Shown here: one piece after another, positions 63,936 through 64,000 of the stretch | Numbering within the stretch: the stretch's first letter is position 1 | Layout: each line of letters starts with the position of its first letter | From: Octopus sinensis | Lineage: Eukaryota | DNA length: 64,000 nt | Direction of reading: 5' to 3' | Assembly: GCF_006345805.1 (NCBI RefSeq) | Contig: NC_043006.1 | Location: forward strand, 13,206,001 to 13,270,000 | Notes under the pieces: model-generated | Database searches by the model: none | Seen by the model: the letters and a program-made list of their open reading frames with translations, nothing else | Told to the model about the DNA's origin: nothing | Translations under genes and position numbers: made by a program

Positions 63936-64000
63936 TTGATCGATGTAATGAAAAGGAAACAATATAAGTGTTGGTTCCAGTATATTACAAGCCGTTTTCC

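Overview
AT-rich, repeat-saturated eukaryotic (animal) DNA with no host protein-coding gene that I can support. The SINE families, microsatellite load and transposon mix suggest a cephalopod, probably Octopus (inference). Nearly all listed ORFs are translations of microsatellites. The real coding remnants are transposable elements: a GIY-YIG Penelope-like element (Neptune type) with a ~1.85 kb inverted terminal duplication (20.2-26.0 kb), a 5'-truncated Dong/R4-type RLE retrotransposon in (TAA)n, a Tx1/L1-type 3' end in (AGAT)n, an RTE 3' end, and several decayed mariner and Tc1 transposons. There are also MITEs and at least four tRNA-derived SINE families. The most interesting layer is non-coding: several unrelated elements carry minimal type I hammerhead ribozyme motifs with palindromic stem III. 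These include a 548-nt tandem unit resembling a retrozyme (53.9-55.5 kb), a fold-back with two canonical hammerheads (27.2-27.6 kb) and two U3-A8 core variants. Four of these elements share a head-to-head inverted architecture with 3' ends mostly abutting (TA)n. A 100-N scaffold gap lies at 47127-47226. Element boundaries were read by eye and are approximate unless a TSD or TIR is quoted.
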